Source: a bacterium
GTDB lineage: Bacteria > Desulfobacterota > DSWW01
Direction of reading: 5' to 3'
Assembly: GCA_040756235.1 (NCBI GenBank)
Contig: JBFLZG010000114.1
Coordinates: 32,001 to 96,000, forward strand
DNA length: 64,000 nucleotides
Positions 1 through 9,646 of this stretch are shown here, piece by piece. The stretch's first letter is position 1, and every line of letters begins with the position of its first letter. The translations under genes and the position numbers were made by a program. Under the pieces are notes generated by a model that saw nothing but the letters and a program-made list of their open reading frames with translations, was not told the origin of the DNA and made no database searches.

Positions 1-110
1 AACTATGCTAACAAACCGTTCTGTAATACATACACTACCGCACTCGGCGAACATACGATGCCCGCAAATGATGGAAGGTTGCTCGGCGGGGAAAAAGATT
101 CTCGGAGGCT

Positions 111-266
111 TTCAAGCCGAGCTTGGCGAGCGCAGCGAAGTCGGAAATTTGCCAGGCCCTGCGAAGTCGGAGATTGTGAGGCTCTGTCAAGCCGAGCGTT
201 GCGAGACCTGGGAGGTCAGAGAGTGCGGGGCTCTGAAAAAGTCGGAGATTGCGAGGCCTTGCGAAG
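111..266. repeat. Degenerate ~25-bp tandem repeat, about 6 units (consensus near GCGAAGTCGGAGATTGCGAGGCYCT)
   Basis: Units read at 111-134, 135-160, 161-185, 186-209, 210-234 and 235-260, plus a partial GCGAAG at 261-266. No unique spacers. Confidence 0.7.
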
Positions 267-325
267 CAACCTCCCGCCCCCCCCTGCTGCGGCGATCGGT
301 TCGGCGGGTTCTTTCGGCGGGTCGT

Positions 326-1255
326 TCACTCCTCGCTGCGCACGGCGCCGGACCAGTGCACGCCGGGCGCTCCGGCTTGCTCCGCCGCCGCCTTGAGCGC
401 CTCCATGCGTTCCCGGCTCATGAGCGCCGCGTCTCGCAGCGCAAAAGGGATGGCCAGCCGGTCGTATTGGCCGATGCAGAGATTGTTGAAGGCCAGCAGG
501 TCGTAGCGCCTCACGTTCGGCATGTGTCGGGCGATGAAGCGCGCCACGGAGCTGACGTTCTCCACGCTGTCCGTGAATCCGGGAATCACGGGCGTGCGGA
601 CCCAGATCGCGAGCTCCGGAATCTTCCCCAGCCGGCGCGCATTCTCCAGGATCGGCTCGAGGCGGACGCCGGTCATCTGTTCGTGCAGGGCGGGATCCAT
701 CTGCTTCAGATCCAGGAGCAGCAGATCTACGTGAGGGACCACCTTCTCGTACCGGCCCCAGGCCGCGATGCCGCTGGTGTCCAGCGCCGTGGACAGCCCC
801 TCGTCCTTGCACTGCCTGAGAAATGCTGCCACGAAATCGGCCTGGAGCATGGGCTCGCCGCCCCCCAGGGTGATGCCGCCGCCGCTGTTGCGGAAGAAAG
901 GCTCGTCTTTCTTGACTTCCCGGACCAGCTCCGCGACGGACCATGGCTTGCCGACCACCTCGAGGGCGGCTGCCGGGCAGGCCTCCTCGCACCGGCCGCA
1001 GGCGCTGCAGCGCTCCCGGTCGATGCGCATGCCGCCGGCCGTGAGCTCGAGCGCCTGCTCCGGGCACGCCTTCAGGCAGTCCCGGGCTCCGATGCACCGA
1101 TTGGCGTACCAGAGGAGCTGGGGCTTCGGCGACATGCCCTCAGGATTGTGACACCAGGGGCAGGACAGAGGGCAGCCTTTGAAGAAGACCGTGGTCCGGA
1201 TCCCGGGCCCGTCTTCGGTGGAGAAACGCTGGATGTTGAAAATCGTCGCGTTCAT
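326..1255 (-). CDS. Glycyl-radical enzyme activating protein (radical SAM, PFL-AE family with ferredoxin-like insert)
   Basis: N-terminal IFNIQRFSTEDGPGIRTTVFFKGCPLSCPWCHNPE (CxxxCxxC), insert with CIGARDCLKACP and CSACGRCEEACP, GGGITLGGGEP and DTSG motifs. Confidence 0.95.
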   Translation of the reverse strand: MNATIFNIQRFSTEDGPGIRTTVFFKGCPLSCPWCHNPEGMSPKPQLLWYANRCIGARDCLKACPEQALELTAGGMRIDRERCSACGRCEEACPAAALEVVGKPWSVAELVREVKKDEPFFRNSGGGITLGGGEPMLQADFVAAFLRQCKDEGLSTALDTSGIAAWGRYEKVVPHVDLLLLDLKQMDPALHEQMTGVRLEPILENARRLGKIPELAIWVRTPVIPGFTDSVENVSSVARFIARHMPNVRRYDLLAFNNLCIGQYDRLAIPFALRDAALMSRERMEALKAAAEQAGAPGVHWSGAVRSEE

Positions 1256-1268
1256 GGCCGTCCTACCC

Positions 1269-1293
1269 GTAGAGGCGAAAGATTTTTCGCCCC
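1269..1293. repeat. GTAG-type REP palindrome, GGCGAAA...TTTCGCC family
   Basis: GTAGAGGCGAAAGATTTTTCGCCCC; related copies at 34284-34311 and 44921-44950. Confidence 0.7.
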
Positions 1294-1299
1294 GGAATC

Positions 1300-4179
1300 T
1301 CAGGAGGTTTTGCCGAGCTCCTCACCCACCACTTTGCGGTACAGCTTGAGCAGCGCTTCGGGCAGGGACCAGATGTCCTCGATGACCATGTAGCGCGACT
1401 CGGGGCACATCCTTTTCAGGTAATCCTCCCCGTTACGGTCTACGGTGATGCAGTAGGTATGGGTGCCGTCCTCCTCGAGCTCGGCCAGAGCTCGGGCCGT
1501 ATCCTCGACCGCATAGTCGTGGCTCGAGCGGCTTTCACCGTAGTCCTGGTCCTGAGGAAAGCCGTCGCTGATGAGAAAAAGGTTTCGGCGGCGGGCTTCT
1601 TCCTTCCGCAGCTTGACCCTGCAGTGGCGCAGGGCCGTTCCCATGCGGGTGCTGCCGCGAGGCTCGACACCGCTGATCCGCTCCTTCACGAGGGTGCCGT
1701 ATCGCTCGGAGAACTCCTTGATCGCGTAGAACTCCACCTGCATCCGGCCGGCACCGGAAAATCCGTAGATACCGTAGCGATCGCCCAGCGGCTCCAGGGC
1801 CTCGGTCATGAGGACGAGGGCTTCTTTTTCGATGTCGATGATCCTCTTGGTCGCCGAGGGGCCGAGTTCGCCGCCATCGGGTTGCCCAACCGGCTCGCCG
1901 CGATGCGCGGAAAAGGCCCAGGAGGCGTGCGCCAAGGTGTCGTTGACGGGGTTCGATGCGTGTTGAAAGACAGGCGCCGTGCGGCCCTCCTCCTGCCCGT
2001 CCGGGACCCGCACCCGCTCGTCCGTGCTGGAGCTCATGTCGAGCAAAAACAGGGTGGAGACCTCGCGCTCGGTCCTCCGGCGTTCGCGGTACAGGCGGTC
2101 CGAGCCCGTGATCCCGCATTGCCGGTCCACGATCGACTCGATCGTGCGGTCGAGATCGATGTCGTCCCCGTCCAGCAGGGCCCTTTCCATCCGGTACCGC
2201 TCGGGCCGGAGCATCTCGAACTGCCTGCGCAGAGATGCAATGAGCGGCCCGTAGACGGTCCGGACCTCCCGGGCGAAGTCCTTCCGGCTCCTTATCGCTT
2301 CCTTCTCGAGCAGACGGCACCAGTCCTGCCGGTACTCCGCTATCAGCGCATCCCACTCATCATAGTAGAAGACTCTCTCCTCGGGATCGCGGAACGACCT
2401 GCGGCGCTCGCGGCGCAGGGCCCAGACCCTGCGCAGGCGATCTCCCTCGCGTTCCTCCGGCCGCTTGCGCAGGAGAGAATGGGGGCCCCGGGGTGCCTCG
2501 CAGAAAAAGATCAGCCCCTGCCGGGCATCTTCATCCGGCGCAAGGCTCAGGGCCGGCTCGAGCCCCTGCTCCAGCAGACGCTTGAGCTCCTCCAGGGACA
2601 GCGATTGCCAGGGGCCTTCTGCTGCCGGGCCGGAGGTGACTTCCCGCACCTCCTGCCGGGCCTGAAGCCCCTTCTGGGTGAGACCGATATCGGTGTGGCC
2701 CCGCATCTCGATGCGCAGGCCCAGCTCGCGCGCCGAGAGCGATTCACTGCCCGCATTCTGCCCGTCCGCATCGAGCTCGCCTTCCTGACGCAGACCCGAA
2801 AGGGCCTCGGACGGGGAGATCTCTTCCGGCTGCGCGAGCAGCGAAAACGCCGCGAGCGCATCCGCTTGCGCTTTATCCCGCGACTCCAGCTGCCGCCTGA
2901 AGAGCCCGTAGATCTCGGTCGCGGCGACGGCGGCGTCCTCCACGCTCGCGCCGGGCCGATAGCAGCCCCCGAGGAGGCGCCTCAGAGATTCGGAAAGGCC
3001 AAGGTGAGGGTCCGGGATCCGCACCCGATCCGGATCCAGCGACAGCCGCAGCAGGACCTCGAGGAGATCCTGCAGGCGGGTGCTCTCCGCCAGGGGAGGG
3101 CGCCGGGCGAGAAGGTCGTCCACGAAGAACCCCATGTCCCTTTTCAGGCCCGGGTAACGGAAGCGCAGATGCGCGTCCACCCGGCCGTCCTCCACCAGGG
3201 TGAAGATCGTCCGCGCCAGGCCGGGGGCCGGGAAGAGCCGGTAGAAGATCTGGATGTGGGACATGAAGTCGTCCTGCAGGCCGTCCGTCCGGATCGACGG
3301 TTTCCATCTGCCCAGGAGCGGATGGCGGGCGAGCGTCCTCAGGTATTCGAAGAGCGAGAAAGCGAACGTCCCGGCTTCGAAGTAGGCCGCCTGATGAGAG
3401 CACAAGATCTTGTAGTAGAGGACGTTTTCTGCGCGTGTGGGATAGTCTTCCACGCGCGGGGGCAGATAGATGGCAAGCCCGTCCGTGGAAGGGTAGATGC
3501 GCGACAGGAGCCCGGCCTGGGGCGTGAGGCCGTCTTCCGTGCTGCGCACCGCCAGAGGTCTGCCGCTCAGCCCGTGCGCGTAAAGGCGCAGCGATCCGCG
3601 CACCTCGGACAGGCTCACGCCCTGCGCTCCCACGCCGAGCGAGTCCCTGCCGGAAACCGTGGCGAGCGAAAAGAAAGCTTCTCCGGCCCGGTGGCCCTTC
3701 GCAAGGAGCCGGATCCCCTGTTCGACCCACGGGCCGATCCCCGCGGAGCCCAGGGCCTGATGGATGTGGTAGAAGTGAGAGAGGAAGCCGTAAGCAGCCA
3801 TGCCCGAGACAGCGGCCACGCGACGGGCCGCGCGGATGGCGACCGCGGTCGCTTCCTCGGGGAGCATTGCGAGCAGGTCCGGAAGGAACCGGAGCAGGGC
3901 CCTCGTGTGCTCCGGCACCGTCCTGGACATGAACAGGACCAGCTCCAGCCCTTCGGCGCTCAGGTCCGGAGTCAGCCGCGACCGGTACGCGTCCAGGAGA
4001 CTGCAAACCTCCCGGCGCCCCTTGTTCGAGACGGGTCCGCGACCGAGCAGCGCCAGAAGGATATCCTCCGCCACCCCTTCCGGCTCGGTTCGATCGAGGT
4101 CTCCGGGTGGTGCAAGGGGCCGCTCCTGTTCGAGGGTTTTCAAATCCAGGCTCCGCGTGGGGCGCTTGTCCTCCGTCAT
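1300..4179 (-). CDS. Large VWA-domain protein, NorD/CbbO/BssF-like partner of the AAA+ ATPase
   Basis: 959-aa ORF. C-terminal NorD-type block: FYYDEWD...YRQDWC, DGDDIDLD, MIDAS LLDMSSS, TRMGTALRH, LISDGFPQD. Immediately follows the CbbQ-type ATPase. Confidence 0.88.
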   Translation of the reverse strand: MTEDKRPTRSLDLKTLEQERPLAPPGDLDRTEPEGVAEDILLALLGRGPVSNKGRREVCSLLDAYRSRLTPDLSAEGLELVLFMSRTVPEHTRALLRFLPDLLAMLPEEATAVAIRAARRVAAVSGMAAYGFLSHFYHIHQALGSAGIGPWVEQGIRLLAKGHRAGEAFFSLATVSGRDSLGVGAQGVSLSEVRGSLRLYAHGLSGRPLAVRSTEDGLTPQAGLLSRIYPSTDGLAIYLPPRVEDYPTRAENVLYYKILCSHQAAYFEAGTFAFSLFEYLRTLARHPLLGRWKPSIRTDGLQDDFMSHIQIFYRLFPAPGLARTIFTLVEDGRVDAHLRFRYPGLKRDMGFFVDDLLARRPPLAESTRLQDLLEVLLRLSLDPDRVRIPDPHLGLSESLRRLLGGCYRPGASVEDAAVAATEIYGLFRRQLESRDKAQADALAAFSLLAQPEEISPSEALSGLRQEGELDADGQNAGSESLSARELGLRIEMRGHTDIGLTQKGLQARQEVREVTSGPAAEGPWQSLSLEELKRLLEQGLEPALSLAPDEDARQGLIFFCEAPRGPHSLLRKRPEEREGDRLRRVWALRRERRRSFRDPEERVFYYDEWDALIAEYRQDWCRLLEKEAIRSRKDFAREVRTVYGPLIASLRRQFEMLRPERYRMERALLDGDDIDLDRTIESIVDRQCGITGSDRLYRERRRTEREVSTLFLLDMSSSTDERVRVPDGQEEGRTAPVFQHASNPVNDTLAHASWAFSAHRGEPVGQPDGGELGPSATKRIIDIEKEALVLMTEALEPLGDRYGIYGFSGAGRMQVEFYAIKEFSERYGTLVKERISGVEPRGSTRMGTALRHCRVKLRKEEARRRNLFLISDGFPQDQDYGESRSSHDYAVEDTARALAELEEDGTHTYCITVDRNGEDYLKRMCPESRYMVIEDIWSLPEALLKLYRKVVGEELGKTS

Positions 4180-4195
4180 CCGGACCGCCCGGGCG

Positions 4196-5116
4196 TCAGG
4201 GAAACAAGGAGTCGATGAGCTTCTCCACCGCCCGGTTCATTTCCGCGTCATCCGTGAGCGACTGCGAGAGGGTCACCCGGCAGGCGACCCTGGGCGCGAT
4301 GCCGCTCAGCATGAGTTGGCCCGCGTAGATGAGGAGCCGCGTGCTGACTCCCTCGTCGAGCCCCTGTTGCTTGAGATGGAGGATCTTCTCCCCGAGCACG
4401 GCCAGTTGCATGGCCTCGGCCATGGGAAGGCCGCTCTCGTGGGCCACGATCTTCGCGTTCATCTCTGCCGGAGGGTAGTGGAACTCGATCGACACGAAGC
4501 GCTGGCGCGTGCTGGGCTTCAGGTCCTTGGCCACGCTCTGGTATCCGGGGTTGAAGGAGACGACCAGGAGGAAATCGGGATGGGCCTCCAGGATCTGCCC
4601 TTTCTTCTCGATGGGCAGGAAGCGGCGGTGGTCGGTAAGAGGATGAATGAGCACCAGCGTGTCCTTGCGGGCCTCCACGACTTCGTCGAGGTAGCAGATG
4701 GCACCCGTGCGGACCGCCTTGGTGAGGGGGCCGTCCACCCAGACCGTTTCGCTCCCCTCGATGAGGTATCGGCCGACCAGGTCGGTTGCCGTCAGGTCCT
4801 CGTGGCATGCCACGGTGACGAGCGCCAGCGAGTCGAGATCCCGCTCGACCGAGTGCGCGGCGGCTGCCGCACCATGCGGCGGCCCCCCTTCTTCCTTCCC
4901 GATCCCGCCCCTGAGGCGCCAGGTCATGTACTCGAGAAAACGGGTCTTGCCGCAGCCGGTAGGCCCCTTGAGGAGCACGGGGAGCCGGTTCTCGTAGGCG
5001 GCCTCGAACAGGCCGATTTCCTCGCCGACCGGAAGATAGAAGGGCTCCTCTTCCCGTCGGGACCCGATTTCATTCACGGTCGTCTTGCGCGCCGGCTCGG
5101 TCTTGACAATGGCCAT
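4196..5116 (-). CDS. CbbQ/NirQ/NorQ (MoxR-class) AAA+ ATPase, BssE-like
   Basis: Walker A GPTGCGKT, CHEDLTATDLVGRYL, Walker B ICYLDEVVEAR, NPGYQ...DLKPSTRQRF, EGVSTRLLIYA. Confidence 0.93.
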   Translation of the reverse strand: MAIVKTEPARKTTVNEIGSRREEEPFYLPVGEEIGLFEAAYENRLPVLLKGPTGCGKTRFLEYMTWRLRGGIGKEEGGPPHGAAAAAHSVERDLDSLALVTVACHEDLTATDLVGRYLIEGSETVWVDGPLTKAVRTGAICYLDEVVEARKDTLVLIHPLTDHRRFLPIEKKGQILEAHPDFLLVVSFNPGYQSVAKDLKPSTRQRFVSIEFHYPPAEMNAKIVAHESGLPMAEAMQLAVLGEKILHLKQQGLDEGVSTRLLIYAGQLMLSGIAPRVACRVTLSQSLTDDAEMNRAVEKLIDSLFP

Positions 5117-5189
5117 GGTTCGTTCCGAATCAGAGGAGAGCGTTTGGGGTGGAGAGAGGGCCTGGCCTGCGTCTGTGGAGCGGCTCCGG

Positions 5190-5219
5190 AGTATATCGCC
5201 GCCTCCTTCCGGGGGTCAA
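5190..5219 (-). promoter_or_regulatory. Sigma70-type promoter for the AAA+/VWA/activase unit
   Basis: Minus strand TTGACC-N18-TATACT, ending about 75 bp upstream of the ATG at 5116. Confidence 0.6.
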
Positions 5220-5370
5220 GGATCCGCTCGCGCAGAGCGAGGGCCGCCACGACTCTCTATTTCAGCCCCTTGCACTCGTCCCGGCATCCCTCCACGGGAC
5301 GCCGGGCCGGGGTGTCTCCCGCGAGACAATAAATTAAAGATGCACCGCTCTCCGCTGGGGGTTCTGAGAG

Positions 5371-6510
5371 TCAGGCGGTCTTCTTGTGGAACCGCGCCAC
5401 GGCCAGGGTGAAGAGGAGGGCACCCAGGGCGAAGAGCATGTAGAACTGCGGTGCCAGGAGGGCAAAGTCGTTTCCTTTGAGGATCACGCCACGGACGATC
5501 ACGAGGAAGTAGCGCATGGGGTTGGCGTAGGTGAGCACCTGCACCGGCTCCGGCATGTTGGCGATGGGAAACATGAGCCCGGAGAGCAGGATCGACGGCA
5601 TCATGACGATCACGGACACGAAGATGGCTTGCTGCTGTGTCTGGGAGACGGTGGAGATGAGGAGCCCCATCCCCAGCGTGGTGAACAGGAAGGTGGCGGC
5701 CGCTGCGTAGAGGAGCGCCAGGGACCCCACCATGGGCAGTCCGAAATGGCCTGCAGCCACGATCAGTATGAGCGTCGTGTCGACCATTCCGATCACGGCG
5801 AAGGGGAGCATCTTTCCGGCCAGCAGCTGCCACGGCTTCACGGGCGTGACCGCGAGCTGCTCCATGGTGCCGATCTCCCGCTCCCGTGTGATGGCGAGGC
5901 TGGTAAGCAGCATGGTGATGATCAGCAGGATCATCGCCAGCACGCCCGGGACCATATAGAAGCTGGACTTGAGCTCGGGATTGTAGCGGAAACGTGTCGC
6001 GGCGCGGACCGCCGGTACGGGCTTGCGCGCCAGGCCCCTGCGGGCCGCCAGGCGGCTCGTGCGCAGTTCGATCTCCGCCTGGGTGTAGGAGGCCAGGATC
6101 TTTCCCAGGTACCCCACTCCGATCTGGGCGGAGTTGGACTCGGACCCGTCGGCGAGCACCTGGAGGGGCGCCGTCTCCCCTCGGGACAGGTGGTCGGCAA
6201 ATCCCTCCGGAAAGACCAGAACCAGATCGGCACGGCCGTTCACCAGGGCCGCGGCCAGCTCTTCTTCGTTGCCGACGGCGCCGCGGCTGGTGAAATACCC
6301 GGAGTTGAGGATGGAGCGGACCAGCTCGCGGCTGGCCACGCTGCGGTCCAGGTCCATGAACGCCACGGTGATGTTGCGCACGTCCTGGGTGACCGCGTAG
6401 CCGAACAGGAAAAGCTGCAGGACCGGGGCGATGAAAATGATGGCGAACATGCGGGGGTCGCGAAAGGACTGGATGAATTCCTTGAGCGCGATGTGCAGGA
6501 CCCTTCCCAT
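5371..6510 (-). CDS. ABC-2 type exporter permease (YbhR-like)
   Basis: KEFIQ..RD start, PVLQLFLFGYA, REREIGTMEQLAVTPV, multiple hydrophobic helices. Confidence 0.9.
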   Translation of the reverse strand: MGRVLHIALKEFIQSFRDPRMFAIIFIAPVLQLFLFGYAVTQDVRNITVAFMDLDRSVASRELVRSILNSGYFTSRGAVGNEEELAAALVNGRADLVLVFPEGFADHLSRGETAPLQVLADGSESNSAQIGVGYLGKILASYTQAEIELRTSRLAARRGLARKPVPAVRAATRFRYNPELKSSFYMVPGVLAMILLIITMLLTSLAITREREIGTMEQLAVTPVKPWQLLAGKMLPFAVIGMVDTTLILIVAAGHFGLPMVGSLALLYAAAATFLFTTLGMGLLISTVSQTQQQAIFVSVIVMMPSILLSGLMFPIANMPEPVQVLTYANPMRYFLVIVRGVILKGNDFALLAPQFYMLFALGALLFTLAVARFHKKTA

Positions 6511-6520
6511 GACGCACCCT

Positions 6521-7651
6521 TCAGAGTTTCTTCCTGAACCTGGTAATCGCCAGCCCCAGCAGCACGGTGCCGAAGACGACGAGGAGGAGGATCGGCCGGA
6601 CGAGCTCCTCCACGGGCTGCGCTTTCAGGAGGATCCCCCGGCAGATCGTGACGAAGTAGCGGGCCGGCACCGCGTAAGTGATCGCCTGCACCCACTGGGG
6701 CATGGACTTGATCGGAAAGAGGAAGCCCGACAGCAGCATGCTGGGGAGCATCGTCGTGAGCATGACGATCTGGTTGGCCAGGAGCTGATTGCCGGCGACC
6801 ACGCTCGCCAGAAGACCGATCGAGAGGCCGGCCACGGCAAAGACGAACGCCGCGGCGAGAAAGAGCAGGGCGCTTCCGGCAAAGGGCACGTCGAAGATGA
6901 CGACGCCCAGCAGGGTGACGGCGACGCAATCCAGCAGGGCGATGAGCAGATAGGGCAGCATCTTGCCGATCAGGATCTCGTGCTTGCGCACCGGAGTCGC
7001 GATCAGCCCTTCGAGTGTTCCCAGCTCCCGCTCCCTCACCACGGTCAGGCTGGTGAGCAGGGCGGCTACCACCATCATGATCACGGCCACCAGACCGGGC
7101 ACGATCGTCTTGGTGCTCTCCAGATCCGGGTTGAACCAGACCCGCACCCGGGGGTCGACCGGCGGAATGCCGCCGGGCGGCAACCCGGCGCGCGCCAGGG
7201 CCTCCTTCACGGATGCGACGTTCAGGTTGGCGACGATCGTATCCACGTACCCGGAGCTGATGGTGGCCGTGTTGGATTCGGAGCCGTCGAAGAGGACCTG
7301 CACGGCGGCCCCGCCCCCGCGCTCCAGATCATCGGCATAGCCCTGCGGAAGGGCCAGGGCGATCTGGGCCTCGCCGGTGTCCAGGAGCCGGGGCAGCAGC
7401 TCGGCGCTCGGCACGCGGGCGACCACCTGGAAGTAGCGGCTGGCCGAGAATTTCTCGACCAGCGAACGGCTTTCCGGTGTGCCGTCCTGGTCCGCCACGG
7501 CGAGCCTCAGGTCCCGGATGTCGAACGTGATGGCATAGCCGAAGAGCAGGATGAGGACCGTGGGCAGGACGAAAGCCATCGACAGGGTGCGCCAGTCGCG
7601 CAGGACGTGGAGCAGCTCTTTTCTGGCGATCGCAGGGATGCGGGTCCTCAT
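6521..7651 (-). CDS. ABC-2 type exporter permease (YbhS-like)
   Basis: KELLHVLRD, LLFGYAITFD, WFNPDLES, RERELGTLEGLIATPV. Confidence 0.9.
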   Translation of the reverse strand: MRTRIPAIARKELLHVLRDWRTLSMAFVLPTVLILLFGYAITFDIRDLRLAVADQDGTPESRSLVEKFSASRYFQVVARVPSAELLPRLLDTGEAQIALALPQGYADDLERGGGAAVQVLFDGSESNTATISSGYVDTIVANLNVASVKEALARAGLPPGGIPPVDPRVRVWFNPDLESTKTIVPGLVAVIMMVVAALLTSLTVVRERELGTLEGLIATPVRKHEILIGKMLPYLLIALLDCVAVTLLGVVIFDVPFAGSALLFLAAAFVFAVAGLSIGLLASVVAGNQLLANQIVMLTTMLPSMLLSGFLFPIKSMPQWVQAITYAVPARYFVTICRGILLKAQPVEELVRPILLLVVFGTVLLGLAITRFRKKL

Positions 7652-8604
7652 CGGGCGCGGCCCCCTCGAGCGGCGATGAGCGCGTCCTCGCGCTCGATCA
7701 GGTGGATGAAGGCATCCTCGAGGCTCGGCCGGACCGGCCGGACCCGTGCAGCAGCGAGACCGGCGCGGCCGAGCGCCGCCTCCAGGATCCGGGCGGCATC
7801 CGGGCCGTCCTGCATGAGCACCCGGGACACGGCTCCGAAGATGTGGGCGTCCTGGACCGCGGGGTTGTCGCGCAGCTCCCGGACGACCGCGGCCGGCAGC
7901 ACGCCGGAGACCTCGAACATCGAGCCCGTCAGGACCTCGGTCACCAGCTCACGAGGCGAGGCCTCGGCGATCTTGCGGCCCGAGTAGATCAGGATCAGCC
8001 GGTCGCAGTGCTCGGCTTCGTCCATGTAGTGGGTCGTAACGAAAACGGTTGTGCCCTGGCTGCGCAGCTCCGCGATGAGGTCCCAGAAGTCCCTGCGGCT
8101 CGCAGGGTCCACACCGGCCGTGGGCTCGTCCAGGAAGACGAGCCTGGGCTCGTGGAGGATGGCCGCCCCGAGGGCGAGCCGCTGCTTGATGCCGCCGGCG
8201 AGGTGGGCGGTCAGTCGGTGCTCGAGCCCCACGAGGCCCGCGATGCGCAGCGCCAGATCGATCCGGGCCGCCCGCTTCCTGCGCGGAATACCGTAGATTC
8301 CTGCGTAAAAGGTGAGGTTCTGGCGAACGGTCAGATCTGCATACAGGGAAAACCGCTGGCTCATGTAGCCGATCCGCTCCTTGACCCGGTCGGCCTCGCG
8401 CGCGAGATCGAAGCCGGCGACCGTGGCCGTCCCCGCGGTGGGCGCGAGCAGGCCGCACAGCATCCGGATCGTGGTCGTCTTGCCCGCGCCGTTGGGGCCC
8501 AGGAAGCCGAAGACCGTGCCTTCGGCCACTTCGAAGGAGACGTGGTCCACGGCCGTGAACGGGCCGAACCGCCGGACCAGCCGTCTTGCCTGGACTGCGA
8601 TCAC
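7648..8604 (-). CDS. ABC exporter ATP-binding protein
   Basis: Walker A GPNGAGKTT, signature LAGGIKQR, Walker B VFLDEP, TTHYMDEAE. Confidence 0.93.
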   Translation of the reverse strand: MIAVQARRLVRRFGPFTAVDHVSFEVAEGTVFGFLGPNGAGKTTTIRMLCGLLAPTAGTATVAGFDLAREADRVKERIGYMSQRFSLYADLTVRQNLTFYAGIYGIPRRKRAARIDLALRIAGLVGLEHRLTAHLAGGIKQRLALGAAILHEPRLVFLDEPTAGVDPASRRDFWDLIAELRSQGTTVFVTTHYMDEAEHCDRLILIYSGRKIAEASPRELVTEVLTGSMFEVSGVLPAAVVRELRDNPAVQDAHIFGAVSRVLMQDGPDAARILEAALGRAGLAAARVRPVRPSLEDAFIHLIEREDALIAARGGRAR

Positions 8605-9527
8605 TGCCGCTGCTCCGTCGTGCTCTGTCTGGACAGAAACACGTCTTCAAAAGACGGCCTCACCCGCTCCAGAGACACGGCCGGAAGGCCGGCCTCGGCC
8701 AGCGCGCGGCCGAGCACCGCCGGATCGGTGCCGGGGGCACAGGCGATCTTCAGGGCCTGGCCCGAAGGGTAGCTTCGGAGAACCCCTCGGACGGTCCGAA
8801 GCGCCGCCCGGGCCGCGCGGATTTCGGACACGAACGCCTCGAAGATCGCCTCCGGGTAGTCTTCGAGAATCGCCTGGGGCCGGTCCATGGCCAGGAACCG
8901 GCCCCCGGCCATGAGGCCCACGCGGTGGCATCGTTCGGCCTCGTCCATGTAAGGCGTGCAGACGACGATCGCCACCCCCTCGGCCGCAAACGCGTACAGG
9001 ATGTCCCACAGCTCGCGGCGCGACAGCGGGTCGACGCCCGTGGTGGGCTCGTCCAGCAGCAGCACCTTGGGGCCGTGGATCATGTTGCACGACAGGGCGA
9101 GCTTCTTGTACATGCCGCCGGAGAGCTTGCCCGCGGGGCGGTTCGCGTACGACTCGAGCCTGGAGAAGCGATAGAGCCGGGCCAGGCGCTCCTTGCGTTC
9201 GGCTTTGGGCACGAAGTACATGTCGGCGAAAAAGGCTAGGTTTTCGGCCACGGTGAGGTCTCCGTACAGGCTGTACTGCTGGGGCATGTAGCCGAGCCTT
9301 TCGCGGGCCTCTTCCGGCGAGCTGTCGACGCGCACCCCGTCCACCTCCACGTCACCGCGCTCCGGGTCGAGGACGCCCACGAGGAGCCTGAGGGTCGTGG
9401 TCTTGCCCGCACCGTCGGGGCCGACCAGGCCGAAGATCTCGCCCGGGTCGATTTCGAGGTCGATGCCGGCCACGGCCTGCACCTCCCCGAAATTCTTCCA
9501 GAGCCCCCGCGCCTTCAGCAGCGCCAT
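8601..9527 (-). CDS. ABC exporter ATP-binding protein
   Basis: Walker A GPDGAGKTT, LSGGM, LLLDEP, TPYMDEAE. With the neighbouring ATPase it corresponds to the two halves of YbhF. Confidence 0.93.
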   Translation of the reverse strand: MALLKARGLWKNFGEVQAVAGIDLEIDPGEIFGLVGPDGAGKTTTLRLLVGVLDPERGDVEVDGVRVDSSPEEARERLGYMPQQYSLYGDLTVAENLAFFADMYFVPKAERKERLARLYRFSRLESYANRPAGKLSGGMYKKLALSCNMIHGPKVLLLDEPTTGVDPLSRRELWDILYAFAAEGVAIVVCTPYMDEAERCHRVGLMAGGRFLAMDRPQAILEDYPEAIFEAFVSEIRAARAALRTVRGVLRSYPSGQALKIACAPGTDPAVLGRALAEAGLPAVSLERVRPSFEDVFLSRQSTTEQRQ

Positions 9528-9646
9528 GGCAGATATCCCTTTTTGCCGCCATTCCGGCGGACCCCGGATCAGGGTCGTGGAGATCCCCTGAATCGGAGTC
9601 CGGGGCAGGGGCCGGAATCTAGCTCTGTCCTGTCACCCCGGCGCAG

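Noticed and set aside
111..266. Possible CRISPR array
   Set aside because: Units are contiguous and degenerate, with no unique spacers and no cas genes in the window.
1300..5116. Nitric oxide reductase (norQD) or Rubisco activase (cbbQO) locus
   Set aside because: No norCB or cbbLS/M genes nearby. The adjacent gene is a glycyl-radical activase, so only the family-level call is kept.
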